The translations under genes and the position numbers were made by a program. From positions 64,001-96,173 of IMG/VR virus record IMGVR_UViG_2775506858_000003: a stretch of 32,173 bases of DNA. One strand, 5' to 3'. Shown here piece by piece: positions 10,057 through 19,028 of this stretch (its first letter is position 1; the number at the start of each line of letters is the position of its first letter). This DNA is from a virus. Lineage: Duplodnaviria > Heunggongvirae > Uroviricota > Caudoviricetes. A model generated the notes under the pieces. It made no database searches. It was not told the DNA's origin and was given only the letters and a program-made list of their open reading frames with translations.

Positions 10057-10590
10057 ATGATTGATACTCAATTTGATGTTACAGAACATGTTTGGAGTTC
10101 TGCAATTCTTGAACAAAAATACTTCAAAGACAAAACAAATAAAGTATTTTGTATTGATATTTTGGCCTCTAATGTCGACTCTTGGGAGAATGAAAAAGGT
10201 GTGGATTGGGATGAAATCTCACAAGAATTGGCATTAAAGCTTGTGACTCCACCGGATAATTACCATTACTTCAATGAAGTGAGCCAAGAATGGGAAACTA
10301 ATGATGAATTACAGGCCGCAAAGCTTGAAAACTGGCGACAAGGTGTCATGGATTTAACACCCAAGCAACTTCGCTTGGTACTTTTAGAAAATGGATTCAA
10401 TTCAAGTAAAGTTGAAGCGGCCATTACACAAATTGAAGATGAAATGGTAAAAGAAACAGCACTGATTGAATGGCAATTTGGTACAAGCTTTCAACGTACA
10501 AATCCGAATTTGGTATTGATTGCCACTCAATTACTCGGATTCAATGATTCGCAAATCGATGAAATGTGGAAACATGCTTTGACCCTTTAG
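10057..10590 (+). CDS. Probable tail fibre assembly chaperone
   Basis: Follows the fibre gene. C-terminal LTPKQLRLVL...EWQFGTSFQR.NP...LG....QIDEMWKHA pattern is typical of fibre-adjacent proteins. Confidence 0.65.
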   Translation: MIDTQFDVTEHVWSSAILEQKYFKDKTNKVFCIDILASNVDSWENEKGVDWDEISQELALKLVTPPDNYHYFNEVSQEWETNDELQAAKLENWRQGVMDLTPKQLRLVLLENGFNSSKVEAAITQIEDEMVKETALIEWQFGTSFQRTNPNLVLIATQLLGFNDSQIDEMWKHALTL

Positions 10591-10593
10591 TAG

Positions 10594-10661
10594 GGGAACG
10601 TAACAAATTCACCTTTCCCTGAAACCCATAATAAGACCCAATAGGAATATTGGGTTTTTTT
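10594..10661 (+). promoter_or_regulatory. Putative late promoter and hairpin leader, copy 2
   Basis: GGGAAC 10594-10599, 27 nt, CATAAT 10627-10632, 29 nt with hairpin ACCCAATA/TATTGGGT and T-run, ATG 10662. Confidence 0.7.
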
Positions 10662-12182
10662 ATGTCTCAACAATCAGTGATACTTGATAAAAATGGTGAC
10701 AATTTTCAATTAGCGACACCAGAGGAAATCTACCAGGCTTCAAATGAGGCCATGGTTGATTTCGATTCAGTCACAATCGGGCAAATGCTGGCTTCAAACC
10801 AGCAAACAATACGAAATCGTATTGAGATATATGGTGCCTATCAATACATGGCCAGTGACCCAATCATTGCAACAGCATTGAATCTGCACGTTACACAGTC
10901 ATTAGGTGCACACGAAACCACAAGTGAAGTATTTTTCATTGAATCCAAGCCAGATGCAAAGGGCAATGAAATTAAAATTATTGAGGAATTGCGCGATGAT
11001 TTGGCACCACTACTGAATAAAATGGCCTATGAAATTGCCTATTCAGGTGCGACATTTGGTGATGCTTATGCACGTATCTATTCAAAGCCAAAGACCGGTG
11101 TAGAAGAAATATACTTTGGTGACAAATTACACAGTGCAATCATTCAGCCAATGATGCGAGGTGAAAAGACCATTGGTTATGTTGTTGCTCTTGAGAATTC
11201 AAACAAACGTGTATCTATGAGCACAATGCAAATTGCACGTTTCAAAATGCCACGTATGGGCATGGTGTCTCAGCAACGAATACTCTTAAATGCTTGGAAT
11301 GACTCAATTCTAGAAGATGATTTGTCAAAACATAAGCCTTTGCCAGATACCATTGGTGGCAGCTTTCTCCAAGATGCTGAACGGCCATATTACTTGCTTC
11401 AAAATGCGCTATTTGGCCTAAATTCAAGCCGCATCATGGATGCTGTTCAAGAGTCATTAATCACTTTGAACATGGAAGGCATGAATAACACGCAGCAGAA
11501 GAAATTCGTGAATGCCATGACCAAGATGTTGACGGCTACTAAGAACAAGCTGCATGAAGCCATATCCGCCGGCAGACCCATTACTGAACGCATTCGGCAC
11601 ATTCTACCAGTGAGCAGTGAGAAACAGCTTACTCAAATTGATACCGGCCTCAGTGGTTCTGGTAACTCAAACTCTTTCAATATCGATGACGTGATGCTGT
11701 ACGCACGAATGCTTGCAGCAGCCTTGGGTCAAGACCTGTCTATGTTGGGTTTTGCTGACCAGCTATCAGGTGGCTTAGGCGATGGTGGCTTTTATCGTGT
11801 GTCAGCACAAGGAGCGCAGCGTGCTATTTGGATACGCCAAGGTTTTACTGACTTCGTAAATTATGTGATTGATATTCACATGCAGCAAAAATATGGTGGC
11901 ATTTTCAAGAATAGGCCATACGAAATCACATTTATTGGTGCCCAAACTGCCTTGGAAAAAGAGAAGCAAGATATTCAAGAGCGCCGTTCTATGTCCAGTG
12001 CAACCACATTACAGGTCATGCAACAGCTTATTGACCTTGGATGGGATGAAAAAAGCATCATCAATTTCCTTAAAAACCAAATGTCGATGGATGAAGATGA
12101 TGCACTGCTGTACGCGAAGCAATTGGCGAAGAAACAAAGCGAGCGGCCACAAGAATCAAACGAACAAGATTTCAACGAATAG
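10662..12182 (+). CDS. prt: Portal protein (P1 Prt-like)
   Basis: IATALNLHVTQSL, FGDAYARIY and LAAALGQDLSMLGFADQLSGGLGDGGF...QGAQRAIWIRQG closely follow P1 Prt motifs. Confidence 0.85.
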   Translation: MSQQSVILDKNGDNFQLATPEEIYQASNEAMVDFDSVTIGQMLASNQQTIRNRIEIYGAYQYMASDPIIATALNLHVTQSLGAHETTSEVFFIESKPDAKGNEIKIIEELRDDLAPLLNKMAYEIAYSGATFGDAYARIYSKPKTGVEEIYFGDKLHSAIIQPMMRGEKTIGYVVALENSNKRVSMSTMQIARFKMPRMGMVSQQRILLNAWNDSILEDDLSKHKPLPDTIGGSFLQDAERPYYLLQNALFGLNSSRIMDAVQESLITLNMEGMNNTQQKKFVNAMTKMLTATKNKLHEAISAGRPITERIRHILPVSSEKQLTQIDTGLSGSGNSNSFNIDDVMLYARMLAAALGQDLSMLGFADQLSGGLGDGGFYRVSAQGAQRAIWIRQGFTDFVNYVIDIHMQQKYGGIFKNRPYEITFIGAQTALEKEKQDIQERRSMSSATTLQVMQQLIDLGWDEKSIINFLKNQMSMDEDDALLYAKQLAKKQSERPQESNEQDFNE

Positions 12183-12193
12183 GATGATAAAAA

Positions 12194-13099
12194 ATGGCAA
12201 AAATGACAACCGGTGTTATCCGATACAACATTGCAGACCGAGGCCGTAAGTTTGTTGGCCAACCGCGTAACTTCAATATCCCAAAAGTGGTGGAGTTACT
12301 TAACGGTGGTGTAGTACAAGAATTGATTGGCAAAGGTGATTTATTTGGCTATCTGGGTCATGGTGTGCGCGAAGAATATGGATTATTTCCAGATGAAACT
12401 GCAATAGCCAATGTAAATGGCAAAACACAATTGACTTCAATTGACCCATGCTGCCGCACTATTTATCTAAAGGCTTTCCCTGATGGAACCATTGAACATG
12501 AAGAAGAATTCACAGATACATTCTTAGGCCAAAAGGCTTATGAGTGGCATTGTAAGAAAATCGGTGGTTTTTCTAGTGTATTTGCGCCGAATCCTGAAAA
12601 TCCAAGTATGTTTTATGGCTTTGATTACGTCCGTATGCCTAATTTTGATGGCAATCGTGGCTATGTTGCTGATGGTGCCATGTTCGACATAGACCCTGGG
12701 CGGATTACATCAAAGCAACAGGCCTTACTGATGCAAGAGCGCTTGGAAGAACGTCGTGTTGTTATGGATTCAATTTCTCAAAAACTGTTAATAGCAAATC
12801 AACAGGTATTTGCTGAACAAGAACTGAATGCGCATTTACACGGTGATTTTGACAAATTACAGGCCGCTTATGACGAAGCACAGTTTCAATTGCGCGATAT
12901 GAAGTTTCTATTGAGCCAAGAAACGCCAAAACACGAACCGATGCTTACCCTGAGTGCTGAAAATTGGCTGACAGAATCAGCAAACCAGTCGGTGATGGAT
13001 TCTATTACTTTAAGCGGTGATGAAATACATTCACTCGAGCCAACAATTGAGCCTTTTGAACAAGATTTATTGGGCAGTATTTTCAATTTCGGTAAGTGA
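12194..13099 (+). CDS. pro: Prohead protease (P1 Pro-like)
   Basis: GDLFGYLGHG, PCCRTI, EHEEEF, GGFSS and GFDYV..PNF. Directly after the portal, as in P1 prt-pro. Confidence 0.8.
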   Translation: MAKMTTGVIRYNIADRGRKFVGQPRNFNIPKVVELLNGGVVQELIGKGDLFGYLGHGVREEYGLFPDETAIANVNGKTQLTSIDPCCRTIYLKAFPDGTIEHEEEFTDTFLGQKAYEWHCKKIGGFSSVFAPNPENPSMFYGFDYVRMPNFDGNRGYVADGAMFDIDPGRITSKQQALLMQERLEERRVVMDSISQKLLIANQQVFAEQELNAHLHGDFDKLQAAYDEAQFQLRDMKFLLSQETPKHEPMLTLSAENWLTESANQSVMDSITLSGDEIHSLEPTIEPFEQDLLGSIFNFGK

Positions 13100-13106
13100 G
13101 TAAAGC

Positions 13107-16100
13107 ATGGCAAACTCAATCAGTCTATCGCATGACGATAATGGTTTTTTGGTCGGTAAGAAATTTGATAGAAGCCAATTTGATTTAAAGCTGAAAGAAA
13201 CGTTAACCAATACCAAAGCCATTTTGAAAAAACTGGATGGCCGCAGAATTGGTAACCGCATTTTGGTCTCTGGTCATATCGCAGTTGATGGTGATGTCAA
13301 ACAATCGTCACAAGTGGCACCCAAGAGAAGGGTGGTTACCAGCCCACCACCTTCAGCACAGAAAGCAAGTTCTACTGGCCATGGTGGTAATAAAAACACC
13401 ACCAAACGAATTGTGCTTGGACAAAAACCTATCGCCAAGCCCGTAATGCCCATGATTGTATCCTCGCATAAGGGAGTGACAGTTAAAGGCCGTAAAAGCC
13501 AGTCTAGCGCCTCGAATATCGGCAAGGAAGCAATGGATGCACGTGCTGCCAAGCAATTGGCTTTGCGGCAGGAGCGTGCTCAGCAAAAAATCTCACTTGA
13601 TGATGCCAAAGAGCAGCGTACACAGACTGATTTACTTGAGACCATTGCAAAGAATATCGGTAAAGGTGGCGGAAAAGATTCAGGCGGCCTGTTATCAAAA
13701 TTACTGCCATCTATTCCATTCCTATCAAAAATACCAAAAATGTTAGGTGGGGGCTTGATTGGTGGCCTATTCAAGTTTGGAAAAAAATTAATACCAGGTT
13801 TGGGCTCACCAAATAAGGTTTCACGCTTGGGAGGCTATGCTAAGAGCTTCTCTGAGAGTAAGTTCGGCAAAATGGTCGGCTTATCCAAAGGAGGCTTCTT
13901 AAGCGGCCTTATAGGGGGTAAGGGTGGCACCGGTCTCTTAGGTAAATTAGGCAAAGTTAAAGGTTTAGGGGTGCTAGGCCTTGGCCTCACTGCGCTTGAA
14001 TCTGCCAATGTTGAAAACTCTGAAATGGATAGGGGCGATAAGAACAAGCAACACTTGAAAAATGGTGTGAGTTTGGCCGGTGCTTTGACCGGTGGTGCTG
14101 CCGGTATGAAGGTAGGGGCTGTCGTTGGTTCAATAATACCAGGGGCTGGTACAGGTGTGGGTGCCATTCTTGGTGGCATTGTGGGCTCACTGGCTGGTGC
14201 TGGTGTTGCTGACTACGCTATGGATGCATTAGATGATGCCATAGACCCTAAACTAAGCAAAAAGATGTTGGGCTCTTGGGATGGGTTTGTATCGACTGCA
14301 AAGCAGGGGATGAGCACTCTCTGGAAAGAGATGCCAAAGCCGATTCAGGACGCTGGTAATTACGTCGCTGAAAAATATGAAAAGGCGCAAAAGGTCATAA
14401 CCACTGTAAAAGAAGGGGTAGCTGACAGTGTTGGTACCGTGGCCGGTGGTGTACGAAATAATGTGAACGATTCTGCTGTAGGTAAAGCTGTAAACAATGC
14501 AGTAGAAGGTGCCAAAAAGCTTGTCGGAATTGGTGGCGGTGGTCAAAGTGCTGAGAAACTGGAAGGCAAATTGATTTCCTCCGGTCTTCTTGCAAACAAT
14601 GGAACCAAGGTAAACAAGAAATTATTACGTAAAAATGTACCAGAGAGTGTCTCAGGTGGGCTTGCTCACGCTGGAACGTATGCAGCTGCAATAGATTCTA
14701 TTGATTCAGACGTTCAGAAATTTACTGCTTTCCAAGATAGTTACCATATCAATGCAAATGCTGGTTCCTACCATAATAAAGGCTTAGCATTTGATGTAAC
14801 TTACAAAAATGCTAAAGGCGGCAGTGGTATAGCAACAATAAACAATGTAAATGCCAAGCGCTTTCAGCCCAAAGCTGATGCGATTAAGGCAAGAATGAAG
14901 GCCGCTGGTCTAAAAGAAGGAACTGATTTTAAGGTAACGAATGAGTATGACCCTAAAAATAGAGTAGGACATTCTACAGGTGGTCATATTCATGTTGAAA
15001 TCCGAAATAAGGAAGCAGCGGCTAAATATGCTGCGTTTAATTCCGGCAAAAATTCAGCAGAAAAAGTTGATGGTAATATTGGTTTAATTCCACAAGATTC
15101 TCAATTACAACGTAACAACGATGCTGCTCGTCGAGGTGGCTCACCATCGTCATATGTTCCTTCTACCGTTGGCCTAATCCCACAAGATTCACAATTGCAA
15201 AAAAATAATGATGCGGCACGGAGAAGTGGGAATTCAGTGTATGTACCGTCTACTGTAAATATGGTTTCGGGAGCTTCAGCTTCTAAATCTAACAGTACAA
15301 ATTATGAATTTAGTTTTGGAGCCGATGTTGATAATTATATAAAGGAGGCTTCAAAAAAGTATGGTATCGATGAAGAAACACTTAGAGGTTTTATTAAAAT
15401 GGAGGCTGGTTGGACAGGAAAAATGTCTCCGACTGGAGCAATTGGAACGGGGCAATTTATTAAATCAACATGGAATTCATTAGCAAATCGGAAAGATGGG
15501 CAAGAAATTGGGATGACTGAAATTAATAGTTCCAATTTTAGAAAGAAAAATGACCCTAGATATAATAAAAAAGTTAATACATTAGCTACAGGTTTACTGG
15601 CTAGTGATAATGCAAAAATACTAGTAAAAGCTGGCTTACCGGTGACAGGAGAGAATTTATATATGTTACATAATATAGGTCCTGGTGTAATTCCTGCATT
15701 AAAAGGGAGCGATAATATTTCCAAATCAACAAGATTAGCAATGAAGAATAATGGTATGAAGGAAAATGAATCTCCTGTTCAATTTACCCGGCGTCAAAAA
15801 AATATTTTCCAAAGTCATTTCACAACAGCTAACAAACTTAAAAACACTCAAGAAAGAAAGCCAGTAGCTAAACAAAACTTTTCTCCTAGTAGTACCCTGT
15901 CAAAAGAAAAGCAGATTAGAGTTACTAGTGAAATTAATAAAGTGAAGCAAAATGTCAGTATTGCAAATTCACAAATACCAGAAATACCAATAACATCATT
16001 GAAAAATCGAAGTATGAAAATTTCGAGTAACAATACAATTGATAATATTAATGAAAATATTGCTCATTTACCATCTCGCCAGTTATCTCAAAAGACGATA

Positions 16101-16133
16101 GCATATGCTGCTTCCGGTGGAACGACCGGCTGA
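13107..16133 (+). CDS. Tape-measure-like protein (P1 Sit-like) with M15-type peptidase and lytic transglycosylase domains
   Basis: 1008 aa with K/G-rich and Gly-zipper regions. SYHNKGLAFD (HxxxxxxD, 14772-14795) and GGHIHVE (14985-14993). KYGID...IKMEAG...GAIGTGQF SLT motif (Glu codon 15402). Confidence 0.75.
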   Translation: MANSISLSHDDNGFLVGKKFDRSQFDLKLKETLTNTKAILKKLDGRRIGNRILVSGHIAVDGDVKQSSQVAPKRRVVTSPPPSAQKASSTGHGGNKNTTKRIVLGQKPIAKPVMPMIVSSHKGVTVKGRKSQSSASNIGKEAMDARAAKQLALRQERAQQKISLDDAKEQRTQTDLLETIAKNIGKGGGKDSGGLLSKLLPSIPFLSKIPKMLGGGLIGGLFKFGKKLIPGLGSPNKVSRLGGYAKSFSESKFGKMVGLSKGGFLSGLIGGKGGTGLLGKLGKVKGLGVLGLGLTALESANVENSEMDRGDKNKQHLKNGVSLAGALTGGAAGMKVGAVVGSIIPGAGTGVGAILGGIVGSLAGAGVADYAMDALDDAIDPKLSKKMLGSWDGFVSTAKQGMSTLWKEMPKPIQDAGNYVAEKYEKAQKVITTVKEGVADSVGTVAGGVRNNVNDSAVGKAVNNAVEGAKKLVGIGGGGQSAEKLEGKLISSGLLANNGTKVNKKLLRKNVPESVSGGLAHAGTYAAAIDSIDSDVQKFTAFQDSYHINANAGSYHNKGLAFDVTYKNAKGGSGIATINNVNAKRFQPKADAIKARMKAAGLKEGTDFKVTNEYDPKNRVGHSTGGHIHVEIRNKEAAAKYAAFNSGKNSAEKVDGNIGLIPQDSQLQRNNDAARRGGSPSSYVPSTVGLIPQDSQLQKNNDAARRSGNSVYVPSTVNMVSGASASKSNSTNYEFSFGADVDNYIKEASKKYGIDEETLRGFIKMEAGWTGKMSPTGAIGTGQFIKSTWNSLANRKDGQEIGMTEINSSNFRKKNDPRYNKKVNTLATGLLASDNAKILVKAGLPVTGENLYMLHNIGPGVIPALKGSDNISKSTRLAMKNNGMKENESPVQFTRRQKNIFQSHFTTANKLKNTQERKPVAKQNFSPSSTLSKEKQIRVTSEINKVKQNVSIANSQIPEIPITSLKNRSMKISSNNTIDNINENIAHLPSRQLSQKTIAYAASGGTTG
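15081..15257 (+). repeat. Tandem linker repeat (90 + 87 bp) between the two hydrolase domains
   Basis: GLIPQDSQLQRNNDAARRGGSPSSYVPSTV followed by GLIPQDSQLQKNNDAARRSGNSVYVPSTV. Confidence 0.9.
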
Positions 16134-16158
16134 CATAAAAAAATATTGGAGATGCAAA

Positions 16159-16662
16159 GTGCCAAAAAAAATTGCTACAGCTATATTAATATTATTAATG
16201 TCTAATACTTCTTTTGCGAGCTCTATTCAGCTTAATCCATTAGGAGATGATAATGAATTGATGATTTCTCAAGCTATAAATATAACTGGTTCTTGTGGAG
16301 GGGCAGTTGTCAGAATTTTAGGGGTCGAAGATTATTCTGAAAATTTAAACTTTTATAAAGTTGATATTGATTCTGGCAATATTATCGTCAGAGGTAACAA
16401 CTTTGAAGTTGATGCTAAAGACCTATTAAGTGACCACAATGGGGTGTCTTGCATGGACAGTTCTAAAAGTAATGCGAAATATGTAATGATATGGAGTAAC
16501 TGTTCTGGAAGTGCGTGTGGTGATGATTTTAGCTTTTATTTTATTGACCCAAAAAACGGTAAGAATGTAACTCCTAAATCTAAAAGCAATATTTGTGATG
16601 CGAATTGTGCTTCACAATTTTTGGGGAATAATTCGCCAAAATCTATAAATCAGTTAGAGTAA
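16159..16662 (+). CDS. Exported cysteine-rich protein, candidate peptidoglycan-hydrolase inhibitor
   Basis: GTG 16159 with upstream GGAG. Signal peptide MPKKIATAILILLMSNTSFA. Six Cys. Function is inferred from position only. Confidence 0.6.
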   Translation: MPKKIATAILILLMSNTSFASSIQLNPLGDDNELMISQAINITGSCGGAVVRILGVEDYSENLNFYKVDIDSGNIIVRGNNFEVDAKDLLSDHNGVSCMDSSKSNAKYVMIWSNCSGSACGDDFSFYFIDPKNGKNVTPKSKSNICDANCASQFLGNNSPKSINQLE

Positions 16663-16706
16663 ATAAATATATACCTAAATAAATTTTTTTGATTCAAAGT
16701 ATATTA

Positions 16707-16735
16707 AGAAGAAACGGCCAACAGGCCGCTTCTTC
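16707..16735. terminator. Hairpin between convergent genes
   Basis: GAAGAAACGGCC-AACA-GGCCGCTTCTTC, one mismatch in the stem. Confidence 0.5.
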
Positions 16736-17207
16736 ATGTTTAACTCAGCTGCAACATTACCCAATCCAGCTTAGTTTTTGTCAGTTCACTGCAATCATCA
16801 TAGTGCCGCTTTGCCATTTGTATTAAGCTGTAGTGTCGGTTATCACAACACTGAGCGTATTCTGCAATATCTCCTTCCATACGGCTATTTAAGCGCTCAA
16901 AGGCCGGCAATAGGTAAGTAAACAGTTTGCCCATCTTATGAATACAAGCGGCGTTGTAGGCAATTTGGAATATGTCGTCGTCGGTGATGAGGTGCTGGCC
17001 AACAGGAGACTCAAAATTGCCACAGGAGGTCACAGGCGAGTTTTCAATCGAATTAAGAAAGCTCATCGCCATTTCAAAATCAGAAGCGTTTATCTCAGTG
17101 TAGGTACTGACCTTGCACAGTGCGTGCAGCTTCAAATAAATCGCCTGATGGCTTTCTTTGGTTCGGTGGTGTCTTCTGTTTACGGCTTCTTTGATTTGTT
17201 GCTTTTG
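16715..17207. repeat. Direct repeat copy A (3' half of the KilA-N gene plus downstream hairpin)
   Basis: Highly similar to 19617-20094, with long identical tracts and 15 bp of net indels. Confidence 0.9.
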
Positions 17208-17534
17208 ATGTTCATTGAGTTTGTAATCGGATTGAACTGATTCTTGAGATATCAAGAATGAACGTATAACACGTAATGAAAACTCTGGGTTAATCCACAT
17301 GCCGTAATGAATAACAAGCTCTTTGCAAACGAATGTCCCAAGTCCTTGTTTTTTAACGATAGACGGAATTCCGTCTATTTCAATTTTACTAATTAATTCA
17401 GTAGTTTGTTTATTTTGAAGCCAACGACGAGGGCTATGCTTATCTAAGCTGCCACTAGCTTTGTGAAGGTCATTTAAAGAATATAGACCATTAATACTGC
17501 GAATTGTGACTTGTGAAATGGTGATAGCGCTCAT
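16740..17534 (-). CDS. KilA-N domain protein with ORF6C-like C-terminal region (antirepressor-type)
   Basis: LYSLNDLHKASG, P..WL, GTFVCKELVIHYGMWINPEF are KilA-N motifs. AGGAG RBS at 17542-17546. Confidence 0.85.
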   Translation of the reverse strand: MSAITISQVTIRSINGLYSLNDLHKASGSLDKHSPRRWLQNKQTTELISKIEIDGIPSIVKKQGLGTFVCKELVIHYGMWINPEFSLRVIRSFLISQESVQSDYKLNEHQKQQIKEAVNRRHHRTKESHQAIYLKLHALCKVSTYTEINASDFEMAMSFLNSIENSPVTSCGNFESPVGQHLITDDDIFQIAYNAACIHKMGKLFTYLLPAFERLNSRMEGDIAEYAQCCDNRHYSLIQMAKRHYDDCSELTKTKLDWVMLQLS

Positions 17535-17575
17535 GTGAACACTCCTAAAGTATTTGAGATTTACCCATTAAGTAT

Positions 17576-17645
17576 GGGTGGGGGTGCTCTCAGGCTACTC
17601 TAGGTATGCCCGTGGTCGTTACCGATACCACACACCCCCGTAACT
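17576..17645 (-). ncRNA. C4-like antisense RNA, unit 2
   Basis: GGGGGTG...CACCCC closing stem with internal hairpins. Loop CTAGAGT and 3' TGAGAG are complementary to ACTCTAG and CTCTCA in the leader at 17728-17742 and to sites overlapping the kilA-N RBS. Confidence 0.6.
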
Positions 17646-17691
17646 TCTATGCCTTCTTAAAATATACGACAAGAAGACCTATAAATACGAT

Positions 17692-17748
17692 AGGCGAAAA
17701 AACACCGCGCAACTGGCACGGGTACAGCTAGAGTTTTGAGAGAGATTG
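17692..17748 (-). promoter_or_regulatory. a1b1-like C4 target leader, unit 2
   Basis: CTCTCA-AA-ACTCTAG followed by hairpin CCGTGC/GCGCGG and a T-run. Confidence 0.55.
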
Positions 17749-17754
17749 AATGAT

Positions 17755-17785
17755 AAAACAAAAAAGCCACCTATGCAAGGTGGTT
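17755..17785 (-). terminator. Intrinsic terminator-like hairpin after C4-like unit 1
   Basis: ACCACCT-TGCAT-AGGTGGC-TTTTTGTTTT on the minus strand. Confidence 0.6.
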
Positions 17786-17790
17786 ACAAT

Positions 17791-17878
17791 AGGGCGGCCA
17801 AGAGGTTCGTAAGCCCACAAAAGATAGGCTGGAGTTATTTCCACTAGGGTATTTTATTCCTCACCCTCTCGACCATAG
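17791..17878 (-). ncRNA. C4-like antisense RNA, unit 1
   Basis: 10-bp closing stem GGTCGAGAGG/CCTCTTGGCC with three inner hairpins. CTTTTGTGG and TTACGA are complementary to CCACAAAAG and TCGTAA in the upstream leader. Confidence 0.65.
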
Positions 17879-17929
17879 TTTTGACGCACTATTGAATGAA
17901 CAATAGATACACGAATTCTATAGACGTAA

Positions 17930-17985
17930 AAATATCACTTCTCGGTAGTGATTGACCGCTTTTGTGGTAGGTTACGACACCTGAG
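17930..17985 (-). promoter_or_regulatory. a1b1-like C4 target leader, unit 1
   Basis: GGTGTCGTAACCTACCACAAAAG then hairpin ATCACT/AGTGAT and ATTTTT. Confidence 0.55.
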
Positions 17986-17989
17986 GCGA

Positions 17990-18018
17990 ATACTAATGCA
18001 TATTTACTATTCCTGCAA
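17990..18018 (-). promoter_or_regulatory. Sigma70-type promoter for the C4/kilA-N transcript
   Basis: TTGCAG-17 nt-TAGTAT on the minus strand, immediately upstream of leader 1. Confidence 0.6.
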
Positions 18019-18152
18019 TATTACAAATTTACAATATTGAAATCATTTCCAAGTAAATATTTGAATCATTATTGAGCATTTACTATTGAGTTTTATTTAT
18101 ATTCATATATCATTTAAATTTAGTTTAATATTTACTTTTCTTGGGGAAAAAA

Positions 18153-19028
18153 TTGTCATTCCACCTTAACTTCAAAGAACTTTGTACTTCATTAAGAATG
18201 TCAAACACTACTGTTGAAACTATTAGGACTAGATGTAATACCATTACGAAAAGAATAAATTCAGATTATTGGTCAATTGATTCTGATAGTAAAAATAGAT
18301 TGTATGTTGGTTCATATGGAAGGGGAACAGAAATATGGGTAAGTGACATCGACTTACTTGTTATCTTGCCCAATAGTTTCTATCACAGATTTAATGATTA
18401 TACTAACAATGGTCAATCTGCGTTACTAAACCATGTTAAAGATACACTAAGAAAAACATACAGTACTTCGTTTATTAAAGGTGATGGTCAAGTAGTAGGA
18501 ATTAAATTTTCAGATGGTATTGAGTTTGAAGTTGTACCTGCATTTTCAGTTACAGATGGTTCTTTTTTGTATCCGGATACAAATAATGGTGGTTCATGGA
18601 AAGTAACAAATCCTCGAGCTGAAATAAAAGCAATGAATGAATTAAACGTAATTACTAAGAAGAATTTAAAAAATTTTTGCCGAATGATTCGGGCATGGAA
18701 AGAAACAAACAATGTCCAAATTAGTGGAATTTTGCTAGATACTCTTGCCTATAAGTTTCTAGAAAATTGGAAGTACAAGGATAAGGGGTATGTTTATTAT
18801 GATTGGATGACTAGGGATTTTTTCAATTATTTGATGAATCAAGATATAAACAAAGAATACTGGTTAGCTCCAGGAAGTAATCGTAGAGTTTACAAGACAG
18901 GTAATTTTCAAAATAAAGCTCAAAAGGCATTTAATTTAGCTGTAAGTGCTATTCAGGATGAGGAAAAATATCCTGCATTGGCAAAATCGAATTGGAGAGC
19001 AATATATGGAACGAAATTCCCAAACTGA
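18153..19028 (+). CDS. SMODS-family nucleotidyltransferase (CD-NTase-like cyclase, CBASS-type)
   Basis: YVGSYGRGT..WVSDIDLL, NGQSALL, DGQVV, FEVVPAF, TNP. Probable TTG start 18153 behind GGGGA; 18141 and 18198 are alternatives. Confidence 0.85.
   Translation: MSFHLNFKELCTSLRMSNTTVETIRTRCNTITKRINSDYWSIDSDSKNRLYVGSYGRGTEIWVSDIDLLVILPNSFYHRFNDYTNNGQSALLNHVKDTLRKTYSTSFIKGDGQVVGIKFSDGIEFEVVPAFSVTDGSFLYPDTNNGGSWKVTNPRAEIKAMNELNVITKKNLKNFCRMIRAWKETNNVQISGILLDTLAYKFLENWKYKDKGYVYYDWMTRDFFNYLMNQDINKEYWLAPGSNRRVYKTGNFQNKAQKAFNLAVSAIQDEEKYPALAKSNWRAIYGTKFPN

Noticed and set aside
1-16133. Tailocin or extracellular contractile injection system
   Set aside because: Portal and prohead protease genes are intact and an integrase is present, which favours a head-containing phage. 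Capsid and terminase could lie outside the window.
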